This document shows positions 29,798 through 37,658 of a stretch of DNA of 64,000 nucleotides, piece by piece; the first letter of the stretch is position 1, and every line of letters starts with the position of its first letter. The stretch comes from an uncultured Pseudobdellovibrionaceae bacterium (GTDB taxonomy: Bacteria > Bdellovibrionota > Bdellovibrionia > Bdellovibrionales > JAGQZY01), in NCBI GenBank assembly GCA_964351315.1, contig CAYGNH010000005.1, positions 145,576 to 209,575 on the forward strand. Reading direction: 5' to 3'. The position numbers and the translations under genes were made by a program. The notes below the pieces were generated by a model, which was not told where the DNA came from, did no database searches, and was given only the letters and a program-made list of their open reading frames with translations.

Positions 29798-30961
29798 TTA
29801 GATGTAAGAGCCCTTTTTAATCTTATCGACGATGATTTTTTCGCAGATCAATGGATCTTTTGGATTCACCGAATACAAGGACTGTTGTTCACAACGTTTC
29901 TTTTCTTTGATTAACCAGTTAAGAGTTTGCGCCACCTTTTTATTTTTTTTATCTTGAAAAAAGGGGTCATTTTTCAAAGCATCTTTGGCTTTCTTCAGTG
30001 AACGGGCTTCTTTAGCGTCGCTTTCTTTAACATCGTAACAGTGCAAATCGTATTTTTTAACGTCTTCAGGCAACACTCCCAAGAATTTCACATCGGGGGC
30101 CGAGAAATCAGAGTTTCGAATCAAACTGGCCGCCGAACCGGCTTTTAGAGTTCGATAGATGTTTTGCAAAGTGTAAGCATCCAAATCTCCGAAAAAGAAA
30201 ATGGGTACTTTTAACTGCACCTGAATATTCTTAGTCCAGGCCCGGACGGCGTTCGAGGGAACCCCTTGCGCACCCATAACGATACATTTGTGGCGCTTGG
30301 TCATACCGTTGGCAACCAAGGTGTTGGCGGTACCCTCTGACTCCACCACCAAACAAAAATCAATTTTACTTTTCATTTTTAGTTTTAAAGACTGAGGCCG
30401 GTTTTTCGGTTGAAAAGGACTGGTTCCCAGCATGCTGAGATCTATGGTTGCCGTGGTTCCATCAGACATGGTTTCTGTGACCACCAATTGTCGAGAGTAA
30501 GTTTGCCCCCCTCGGTCGTTGGCAAAACAGTTCATTTCTTCGCGATAGACTTCCATAAGATCGCAGATGTAGTCGATAATAGAATCACTCTCAGTTTGGT
30601 CATCGAAATCAAGAGGTTTTAATATTTTATTACTCTTCACTTCCCCTTTAGCCATATAGTAAATTTCACGCTTGGTATTGACCGACCCTTGGTCAATATT
30701 TCTTAGTAGAATTTCCATAAGAAAAGTCATGCGAGCCATTTTTTGCACCGATGATACGTTCAGCTCGGTGGTTACTTTTTTATCCCCAGGAGTCAAATAT
30801 CCCACCTTTGGGTTATAAAATGAGTTGTCGAGGGCACATTTGATCGCTTGCAACTTAGGACGTTTGGAATTCTCCAAGTCTTTAAGCATTTTGTCGCAAA
30901 TTATTTTCGCTTCTTTTGGGATATCTTTGGTTAGTTTTCGAACGCGGATCATCTTTGACAT
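29798..30961 (-). CDS. top6A: DNA topoisomerase VI subunit A (Spo11 homologue)
   Basis: 387 aa. KREIYYM holds the catalytic Tyr context of the winged-helix 5Y-CAP domain. Toprim domain has a Glu (LVVESEG) and a DxD (FFGDLDAY). The start lies 6 nt after the top6B stop. Confidence 0.9.
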   Translation of the reverse strand: MSKMIRVRKLTKDIPKEAKIICDKMLKDLENSKRPKLQAIKCALDNSFYNPKVGYLTPGDKKVTTELNVSSVQKMARMTFLMEILLRNIDQGSVNTKREIYYMAKGEVKSNKILKPLDFDDQTESDSIIDYICDLMEVYREEMNCFANDRGGQTYSRQLVVTETMSDGTTATIDLSMLGTSPFQPKNRPQSLKLKMKSKIDFCLVVESEGTANTLVANGMTKRHKCIVMGAQGVPSNAVRAWTKNIQVQLKVPIFFFGDLDAYTLQNIYRTLKAGSAASLIRNSDFSAPDVKFLGVLPEDVKKYDLHCYDVKESDAKEARSLKKAKDALKNDPFFQDKKNKKVAQTLNWLIKEKKRCEQQSLYSVNPKDPLICEKIIVDKIKKGSYI

Positions 30962-30967
30962 AAATAC

Positions 30968-32857
30968 CTACTTTTTGCTCCGACTTGTGGTTTTCTTTTT
31001 CGTCACTTTTTTCTTTGTGGTCTTCTTTTTAACAGTCGTCTTTTTAGATTTGGTCTTTTTCTTAGCGGCGGTTTTCTTTTTGGCCGTCTTTTTCTTGCTT
31101 GCTTTCTTGGATCTTGCTTTTGCCGATCGGCCGGAGCTGACCTCGGCTGTTTCGGTTTCAGATTCGAATCCTATTTCCTCGACATCATCAGAGACATCCT
31201 CTTCATCCTGACCCGTAAAGGTTCCAATCCCGCGAGCCTTCATTCGTTCTTTCAATTTCTTTAAGCGAAGATCGGCTTCGTTGAGATCTTCTTTCGCAGC
31301 TTTAGAATCACGGCCTAGGATCTTTTCGAGACCGGCAATGGCCTTTTTCTTCCGGGCGTCGGAGGCATTGGTGATTTGTGCCAATTTCTCTACCAAAATA
31401 GGCCCAAACTGCTCGATGTGTTTGATTTTTCGCTCTAAATCGGCGGCTTTGTTCTCGCGCTTGATATGGCGGGATAGCTTTTGCCCGGCTCGCATAACAG
31501 CCAAACGAATCTCTTCAACCAATTCGTCAGAGGCATCAATGGTTTCTTTAGAAGCATTTTTAAATTTAATAAACGGCGAAACCACAGAGATCGCAAAGAT
31601 ATAAGGCCCTGAAGGCAAACTGTTTTTCGACTGGCTTAAGCCGTAAGCCCGCCAATTCACCGACTCGATGGCTTTGGTAATGGCACAGGCTCCTTTATCG
31701 AATTGCAAGGGTACGCGATTGGCAAATCTTAACAATTGAACTTGAGAGTCTTCTTGACCACGGTCTAAAAATCGAGCCAAAGCCACTTCGATGACAACCG
31801 GTTTATGGTCACAAATTTTGGGTTTACGAGTGACCACACTGAAAAAATCAACGGCGCCAAGGCGAAGAATAGACTTGGACAAGGACTCTTCGCCAACGAT
31901 CAAAACCGACCGCGTTGAAGGGTTGGGAAGAGGTGTGTTCTGAATCGACTGGAAGGCCTTTTTTAAATTGGCCTCATTAACCTGACTCAGCGGCTTATTA
32001 AGAAGCTCTTTCGGAAGTCCATTTTTAATAAAATCTTTAATGCTGTTGTCCGTGACCCTGGAAAAAGCGGTCTTTAAAAATTTTTTAAAAGTGATATTCC
32101 CATAAATTCCTGAGTGGGTAATAAACTCGCCCAGCTTCATCGTGTGTGGGTGTGGCAAAGTGGCCGCAGGCACTTTAGGAACATCATCCGAGACTCGTTC
32201 AATAAAAACCGCTGGGTTATCCAGAAGTTCGTATTTCAATTCCAAATGGGGGTTGAGGAGAGTCGTCCCCTCAAGATAGGTCAGCAGCCCCCCGTCACCA
32301 TTCAATTGAATACGTCCGTCGATCCGAAAGGCGACGCGGGTGCCATGGGACTTCTTCCATTCCACGGTTTTTTTATTCTTAAAAAGACCTTTGTTACCTT
32401 TGATATCAACGTCAATTTGACCTTCGATTGCTTTGCGCATGCTTTTCGTTTTACTACGAACGCTAACGCCAGCGGCATTGGTCAACTGGGCCCAAGTGGT
32501 GGCAGCACTGATACCGATCCCCTGCTGGCCTCGAGAAGCGCGGCCCCGCCCAAATTTGGAAGAAGCCAAATACTCGCCAAATACTTTAGTTAAGTCATTT
32601 TGATCTAAACCCGGGCCGTTGTCCTCAACCACCACTTCGATCAAGTCAGTGTTTTTACCTGAACCTTTACCGACCTTCTTTACTTGAACATCAATTTCGG
32701 GGGCGATTCCGGCATCTTCACAGGCGTCTAAAGAGTTATCAATCGCCTCTTTTAACGTGGTTAAAACAGCTTTTGTGGGCGAGGAAAAGCCCACTTGCTG
32801 CAGATTTTTAGCGAAATACTCGGCTGTACTACTAGAAGTGATTTTCGATTTGGCCAA
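30968..32857 (-). CDS. top6B: DNA topoisomerase VI subunit B (GHKL ATPase + transducer) with an acidic/Lys-rich C-terminal tail
   Basis: 629 aa with a TTG start and GGAG 8 nt upstream. The N-terminus STAEYFAKNLQQVGFSSP..A..TLKEAIDNSLDA (Bergerat N-box), EDNGPGL (G1) and RGQQGIGIS (G2) are collinear with archaeal Top6B from memory. The last ~56 aa are Lys/Thr-rich. Confidence 0.9.
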   Translation of the reverse strand: MAKSKITSSSTAEYFAKNLQQVGFSSPTKAVLTTLKEAIDNSLDACEDAGIAPEIDVQVKKVGKGSGKNTDLIEVVVEDNGPGLDQNDLTKVFGEYLASSKFGRGRASRGQQGIGISAATTWAQLTNAAGVSVRSKTKSMRKAIEGQIDVDIKGNKGLFKNKKTVEWKKSHGTRVAFRIDGRIQLNGDGGLLTYLEGTTLLNPHLELKYELLDNPAVFIERVSDDVPKVPAATLPHPHTMKLGEFITHSGIYGNITFKKFLKTAFSRVTDNSIKDFIKNGLPKELLNKPLSQVNEANLKKAFQSIQNTPLPNPSTRSVLIVGEESLSKSILRLGAVDFFSVVTRKPKICDHKPVVIEVALARFLDRGQEDSQVQLLRFANRVPLQFDKGACAITKAIESVNWRAYGLSQSKNSLPSGPYIFAISVVSPFIKFKNASKETIDASDELVEEIRLAVMRAGQKLSRHIKRENKAADLERKIKHIEQFGPILVEKLAQITNASDARKKKAIAGLEKILGRDSKAAKEDLNEADLRLKKLKERMKARGIGTFTGQDEEDVSDDVEEIGFESETETAEVSSGRSAKARSKKASKKKTAKKKTAAKKKTKSKKTTVKKKTTKKKVTKKKTTSRSKK

Positions 32858-32950
32858 CTGGGTGCTCCTAATTTCAATAACTTGGCCATTGTAACAGCAG
32901 GAATTTCAGGAAGTCTAGCCAGTCGAGCCACCTACGTGGCTGACGCCAAA

Positions 32951-33235
32951 TTAAGCATCCTCAGAATTGAGGATCATTTCAGCAGGAGTGAAGTATTTTT
33001 TCTCACTATTGCAGGCCTTACAACAGGCCACAATATTGCCTTTTGAGGAGCTCCCTCCGCGAGAAACAGGGACCTTGTGATCCATAGTTAAATCCTCTTT
33101 AGCAAAGGTTTTTTGGCAATAATGGCAGAGCCCTTGAGCCAGCTTTTGCTTCCACCATTGGGTCTTGCGAAGCTCGCGCGCTTTTGCCTTTTCTTTTTTG
33201 ACATGTTTTTCATCAACAAAGCCATGAACCATCAT
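32951..33235 (-). CDS. small stand-alone HNH endonuclease
   Basis: 94 aa. CHYC...LTMDHKVPVSRGGSSSKGNIVACCKACNSEKK shows the Cys4 zinc ribbon plus the H-N-(N/H) core. Confidence 0.8.
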   Translation of the reverse strand: MMVHGFVDEKHVKKEKAKARELRKTQWWKQKLAQGLCHYCQKTFAKEDLTMDHKVPVSRGGSSSKGNIVACCKACNSEKKYFTPAEMILNSEDA

Positions 33236-33350
33236 GTTTCGGACCCTACCAGATCTTGACTAAGTGCGCAATAACCTTATTCAAATAGCCGTCAGTTTAC
33301 TCAACTCACCGCTTCGATTAGAACTCTCCTGTAAACATGAGGAAGGTGCG

Positions 33351-33578
33351 ATGACCCCGGATCAGGTAAAGAAGAGACTTGAAGAAACCTACCCCAAAGG
33401 ATTTGTGGATGTCACTGACCTCACCGGGACCCACGACCATTACTCGGTCTATATTTCCTCGGAAGTTTTTAAAGGAATGTCCCGAATCCAACGCCACAAA
33501 CATGTGATGGCGGCTTTTGATTCTGAATTAAAATCAGGAGAAGTCCACGCTCTCACCATTCGAACAGATGAAAAATAA
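33351..33578 (+). CDS. bolA: BolA family protein
   Basis: HYSVYISSEVFKGMSRIQRHKHV matches the BolA H..(F/Y)..G.s...RH motif. I chose the ATG at 33351 (GAGGAAGG upstream) over the ORF-track start at 33264. Confidence 0.85.
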   Translation: MTPDQVKKRLEETYPKGFVDVTDLTGTHDHYSVYISSEVFKGMSRIQRHKHVMAAFDSELKSGEVHALTIRTDEK

Positions 33579-33589
33579 GGAGTGATCCA

Positions 33590-33895
33590 ATGAGCACGAA
33601 AGAACAAATCGAAAAATTACTTTCAGAAAACAAAATTGTTCTGTTTATGAAAGGCAGCCCTGAAATGCCCCAATGTGGTTTTTCAGCCCGAGCCACCGCC
33701 ATTCTGAATGAGCTGGGAGCCACCTTCACCTCTGTCGATGTCTTGCAAGACGCCGAAATTCGACAAGGGATTAAAGATTATGGCCAGTGGCCCACCATCC
33801 CTCAACTTTATGTGAATAAAGAGTTAGTTGGTGGCAGCGATATTATGATGGAGATGTTTGAAACCGGCGAATTAAAAGACATCATCGCTCAATGA
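33590..33895 (+). CDS. grxD: monothiol glutaredoxin (Grx4/GrxD)
   Basis: 101 aa. VLFMKGSPEMPQCGFS, WPTIPQLYV..E.VGG.DI. Confidence 0.95.
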   Translation: MSTKEQIEKLLSENKIVLFMKGSPEMPQCGFSARATAILNELGATFTSVDVLQDAEIRQGIKDYGQWPTIPQLYVNKELVGGSDIMMEMFETGELKDIIAQ

Positions 33896-34068
33896 GAAAA
33901 AACCTGTCACGATTCGAAGCTCTGTTTCGTTTGGGCTTTGGTTCCCTCATGTTTTATTTTTTCATCTTAGGAGGCCCGTCATGGAATATCGCGGGCCTTT
34001 ATCTTATGCTCACTGGCTCCTTCCGGTTCTGCCCCTTCTATTATTACCTGGGAAACCGGTCGACCTAG
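33892..34068 (+). CDS. DUF2892 (YgaP-C-terminal-like) small membrane protein, 58 aa, below the ORF-track cutoff
   Basis: Own translation: MRKNLSRFEALFRLGFGSLMFYFFILGGPSWNIAGLYLMLTGSFRFCPFYYYLGNRST*. The R...G...-TM-G..L..G...FCP.Y..LG..T pattern is typical of DUF2892. ATGA overlap with the grxD stop. Confidence 0.55.
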   Translation: MRKNLSRFEALFRLGFGSLMFYFFILGGPSWNIAGLYLMLTGSFRFCPFYYYLGNRST

Positions 34069-34205
34069 CCGCCTCATTTTAATCCTGTTGAAAAACTTTT
34101 GAAAATCACGAAAAACAGAGGATCCAGGCTCTTCCTAGGTCGGGTCCAGCCATCCGTTTAGATCCTCACTATGGTAATCTTTAGACAGTAGCAAAGGATT
34201 TTAGT

Positions 34206-35039
34206 ATGCGATCTTGGTCCCTTTTTCTCTCTTTCTTTTTTGTGCTTCCCGCCTATGGAGCCAAAACCACAAAGACCCAACATGCGGTGGTTGAACGCAT
34301 CAACACCATGACTTCGACCAACAATGCCTCGGTGTTTTTAAAAAAGATTGCCTCCCAAATTTCTACCGAGCAGTCTCAGGATTTTAAAAAACTTTTGGGG
34401 AAAAAGACCCACTTTCAAGCACGGAGAGTCTCTCCCCTCTCTGTCGCCATTCAATTCTCTGATCATCGCTGGGTGAAATTTACTTTTGATCTAAAAAACC
34501 AAAAGTTTCTGGTCGGCAAAAAAGCCTTTCAATGGAAACTGCAAACAAGCACAAAGGACAATCTCAACCGTCTGGCGACCTTGATCAACCAACAATATCC
34601 TCCGGCCAAAAAGAAAAGCGCTTGGTGGGCACCTTTCCCAAAAGCTCAAGCCTGGAGTTTGTTTGGCAACGATGAGGATGAAGCGGCCTTGGTGGTGGCC
34701 GGAACGGCTGCTGTCAACCAACCCTTCATGGGGCTTGATAGCTTCTTAACTTCGGTGGAATTGCATTGCGAAATGCGAAACGGACTCCCCAGTCGCTCAC
34801 GAGAGGCCTACTTCGCTGAAGCCAATCGCAACCAACTGCGCCGCGACTTTGCCGAGGCCAAAGAAGCGGTGGGATACAACAATGCCGCCCACGCCTACGG
34901 ACTTTGGGTCAACACTAATTTGATAGGACGGTTTCACGAGGCCCAAACCTGTTTGCGGGATCGAAACTACATTCGCAACAGCGACCTGCTCCCCATTGAA
35001 TACAACGAGCAAAATCGCACCGGGAGAATCTCCCATTAA
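34206..35039 (+). CDS. hypothetical secreted protein
   Basis: 277-aa ORF. Signal peptide MRSWSLFLSFFFVLPAYGA. No family recognised. Confidence 0.6.
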   Translation: MRSWSLFLSFFFVLPAYGAKTTKTQHAVVERINTMTSTNNASVFLKKIASQISTEQSQDFKKLLGKKTHFQARRVSPLSVAIQFSDHRWVKFTFDLKNQKFLVGKKAFQWKLQTSTKDNLNRLATLINQQYPPAKKKSAWWAPFPKAQAWSLFGNDEDEAALVVAGTAAVNQPFMGLDSFLTSVELHCEMRNGLPSRSREAYFAEANRNQLRRDFAEAKEAVGYNNAAHAYGLWVNTNLIGRFHEAQTCLRDRNYIRNSDLLPIEYNEQNRTGRISH

Positions 35040-35095
35040 AGTTCCTTGTAATAAAGGTACTTCAAATGGGTCCCCAAACCCATCGGCGGATTTCT

Positions 35096-35520
35096 TCAAA
35101 AAATTTCTCTATAGGCACTCCTAAAAGGGTTCTCAATAAAACGGTACGTGAATTGGCTGACCCCAAGGATAAGAGTCAGGCAAAAGCCCACAAACAAAAG
35201 AGTTTGAAAAGTACTAAGGGAGGAGCTGGTGACAATAGAGCTCCACACTATTTGGCCAAAACGGATAATTGAAACTCAGGGATTTACCAGAGGGTAGAAC
35301 TCATTGTAATAAACAAATATTTTGTAAAAAGCCTGCCATATCATTTTGTTGAACCACTCTAGCATCCGCTTGGGTTAGTAGCGCATGGGTTCCAAAGTAA
35401 TATTTAAAAATTTCCAGCATAATGAAAAGATGCAAAAAAAGAAGTCCAAAGGGTGAAGTCGACCAATAAGAGGGACGGAATTGCGGAGACTTCCAATAAC
35501 TTTCGTGAATTTGGATTGTG
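35096..35520 (-). pseudogene. possible decayed remnant of a membrane protein gene (C-terminus resembles acyltransferase-3 family ends)
   Basis: Minus-strand translation gives three hydrophobic fragments in different frames separated by stops. The last is VSIIRFGQIVWSSIVTSSLSTFQTLLFVGFCLTLILGVSQFTYRFIENPFRSAYREIF* (stop at 35096-35098). A TM helix followed by Y.FIE.PFR is typical of Acyl_transf_3 C-termini. No intact start codon. Confidence 0.25.
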
Positions 35521-35614
35521 TCGATTTTGAATACAAGACAGACACAATTTGCGTCTCAACTTCAGTTTTCGATCATTAAGCCCGGCTAAGTCTACTAATC
35601 TCTAACATCTTTCT

Positions 35615-35630
35615 TGGAACAAGGCTTGCA
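35615..35630 (+). promoter_or_regulatory. putative sigma-54 (-24/-12) promoter
   Basis: TGGAAC-aaggc-TTGCA versus the consensus TGGCAC-N5-TTGCW. The GG and GC dinucleotides have the canonical 10-nt separation. It lies 66 nt upstream of the ATG at 35696. Confidence 0.45.
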
Positions 35631-35695
35631 GCTGGGTGGTACGAACTAACATAGATCAATAAATCGTTAACCTTTTTACCCCCTGGAGAATAATT

Positions 35696-37009
35696 ATGAA
35701 ATTCAAAGCCCTATTGGCGCCTTTAGTTTGTGCCGGTCTTGTCGGCGTCGTCAACACCGCCTGCAGTAATAAAGATGAAGGACAGAAGAACTCTGTTGTT
35801 GTCGATACAAATGCCCTTCAGCAATCGGGCCGTACAATGATGGAATCTGCTGAGAACCTGGCGTTGGCAGGTGAACAGCTGGTTAGCCCTATCTCCTTTA
35901 TGTATGCCGATTTAGTTTTCGACCTAGCTTTGAGAGCCAATCCTGACAATAAAAGAGCCCAGTTTTACAAAGCTTTGATTAAACCAATGATGGTGATGAA
36001 GGGGGCTATGAAACGAATCCGTCCCGTGATCAATTCTCTGTCCGCTGAACAACAAACGGAATACAATGACTTTATCGCCAAATCTCCAAACAGTGCGTTG
36101 AAGACTTTTTTATTGGACGGCCAAGAAGATATCACCACTGAAGAAGATGCCCTAGGGTTGATGGATGAGTATCGAGCCGCCTGGGAAGGCATTCGTGTCT
36201 TCATGAAGGAAAATAAAGACCTTAACATGGTCGTAAACATAATGACTCTTCCTGGAAACCAATCTGCATTAGACAAAGCCGCCGAAGAGTGTGCGACTCA
36301 GAATCACATGAACGAAGTTTTTGAGATTGAAAACTGCAGCTATCTAAATGCATTGGAAATTAATATTTCTCGAGCCGACGTTGAAGTGATTCAACAAATT
36401 GCGGCCGGAATGCAAATCCACAACATTCTTATGACTTCCTATTCACTAGACGGGGTACGCTCTTATATCGAAGCGAACCAAGACAATGACTTAACAGCTC
36501 AAGACGCCATTGAACACTTTAAAAATTCAACCACAGCCGGTAAGCTTCGTCACAATGACTTAACAAAAATCCCTGAATTCGGTGCCGATGCGATCGCTGG
36601 GATGCGATGGGCGATGGCCGCACAACAGCAACTTTGCCCAAGCAACGTGACCAGTAAAGAGAACAGAAAAGGTTTTCTTTTTGAAGAAGGCATTTGCGTC
36701 GAAAGAACCGATAAGGATGGAAAGCCCATTGAAGACTTATTGGCAACGATCGAAGCGGCTCTGACTGGTGGACTTATCAGCATCGAAGGAATCAAGGCTA
36801 ATGGTGACGTGGTTGCCGCTGACATCAAGCCGGTGGCTCCTTTTGCAAACCCTGTTCAAGATCTTCGCTCCCTTTCGCCCATATCCTACAACAATTGTGG
36901 CAACCCTGTGGCTCTTGCCGACAGCACCATTGGTGGCTTTTTTCCAAATGCTGACGGAAACACTTTTCTCAAAGCCACTGGTGGCTTAGACAGCGAAGAC
37001 TGTGACTAA
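35696..37009 (+). CDS. hypothetical lipoprotein (largely helical)
   Basis: 437 aa. Signal peptide and lipobox: MKFKALLAPLVCAGLVGVVNTAC|SNK. GGAG RBS. No family recognised. Confidence 0.7.
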   Translation: MKFKALLAPLVCAGLVGVVNTACSNKDEGQKNSVVVDTNALQQSGRTMMESAENLALAGEQLVSPISFMYADLVFDLALRANPDNKRAQFYKALIKPMMVMKGAMKRIRPVINSLSAEQQTEYNDFIAKSPNSALKTFLLDGQEDITTEEDALGLMDEYRAAWEGIRVFMKENKDLNMVVNIMTLPGNQSALDKAAEECATQNHMNEVFEIENCSYLNALEINISRADVEVIQQIAAGMQIHNILMTSYSLDGVRSYIEANQDNDLTAQDAIEHFKNSTTAGKLRHNDLTKIPEFGADAIAGMRWAMAAQQQLCPSNVTSKENRKGFLFEEGICVERTDKDGKPIEDLLATIEAALTGGLISIEGIKANGDVVAADIKPVAPFANPVQDLRSLSPISYNNCGNPVALADSTIGGFFPNADGNTFLKATGGLDSEDCD

Positions 37010-37391
37010 GTCTCTTGTGAAATCATATTTTTCAAAGAGAGTATTCCTTTGTGTGTACTCTCTTTTTCTAATTTCACCTCCCACTCAAGCCGCAAATGAG
37101 TATATTGAGGGCTTTGAAATGAATTCTTGCATTGAAAACAAGTGCACTCAGCTGATTGTTAAAGGCACTGTCGAAAAAGGCATCCTCGCCCCCTTGTTTG
37201 CTTTTCAGAATGCGGTCTTGATACAACAACCTCAAAAGGGTGGTCCATCAACCCGACTGCATGCCAGTGAAGGGTATTACGACTCAAGTCGAATGGAAAT
37301 TGTCCTCCGAGGCGTGACTGAGCTAAATGGTGGTGAGTCATTCATCAACCTAAAAACCGGAAAAATAAAAGCTTTTGCCAGAAAAAATTAA
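37002..37391 (+). CDS. hypothetical secreted protein
   Basis: 129-aa ORF. The GTG start overlaps the upstream stop (GTGACTAA). Hydrophobic leader ending PPTQA|ANE. The start codon is uncertain. Confidence 0.5.
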   Translation: MTKSLVKSYFSKRVFLCVYSLFLISPPTQAANEYIEGFEMNSCIENKCTQLIVKGTVEKGILAPLFAFQNAVLIQQPQKGGPSTRLHASEGYYDSSRMEIVLRGVTELNGGESFINLKTGKIKAFARKN

Positions 37392-37658
37392 AAAAATTTT
37401 AGATCCAGGAAAATTGAGGCTTGATTGCTTCGAATCCAGTGCACTGGCTCTAGGTCCTGAACTCAGATCTTTTAAACTGCCCTTTTTTTGTCAAAGCTTT
37501 AGACAGTCTTTGAGGAGCACGGCTGCTTTTTTATCAGCACCCCTTTAAAGGCCTTTGTCACGACTGTGATAATTGAGCCGACCTGAAAGAGCCAGCAACA
37601 AGCCAAACCAGACTCAATGGAATTCATAATCTTTCCGATAGGTTAACTGAGGTAAGGT

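Noticed and set aside
30825-31211. A 128-aa plus-strand ORF rich in Phe/Val/Leu looks like a membrane protein.
   Set aside because: It is the reverse-complement reading of the Lys/Thr-rich codon run (AAG/AAA/ACN) that encodes the Top6B tail. It is a compositional artefact.
35066-35272. A 68-aa plus-strand ORF from the ORF track (MGPQTHRRISSKNF...).
   Set aside because: It is highly basic and low-complexity with no RBS. It lies antisense to the hydrophobic remnant that has a recognisable C-terminal motif, so it is probably spurious.
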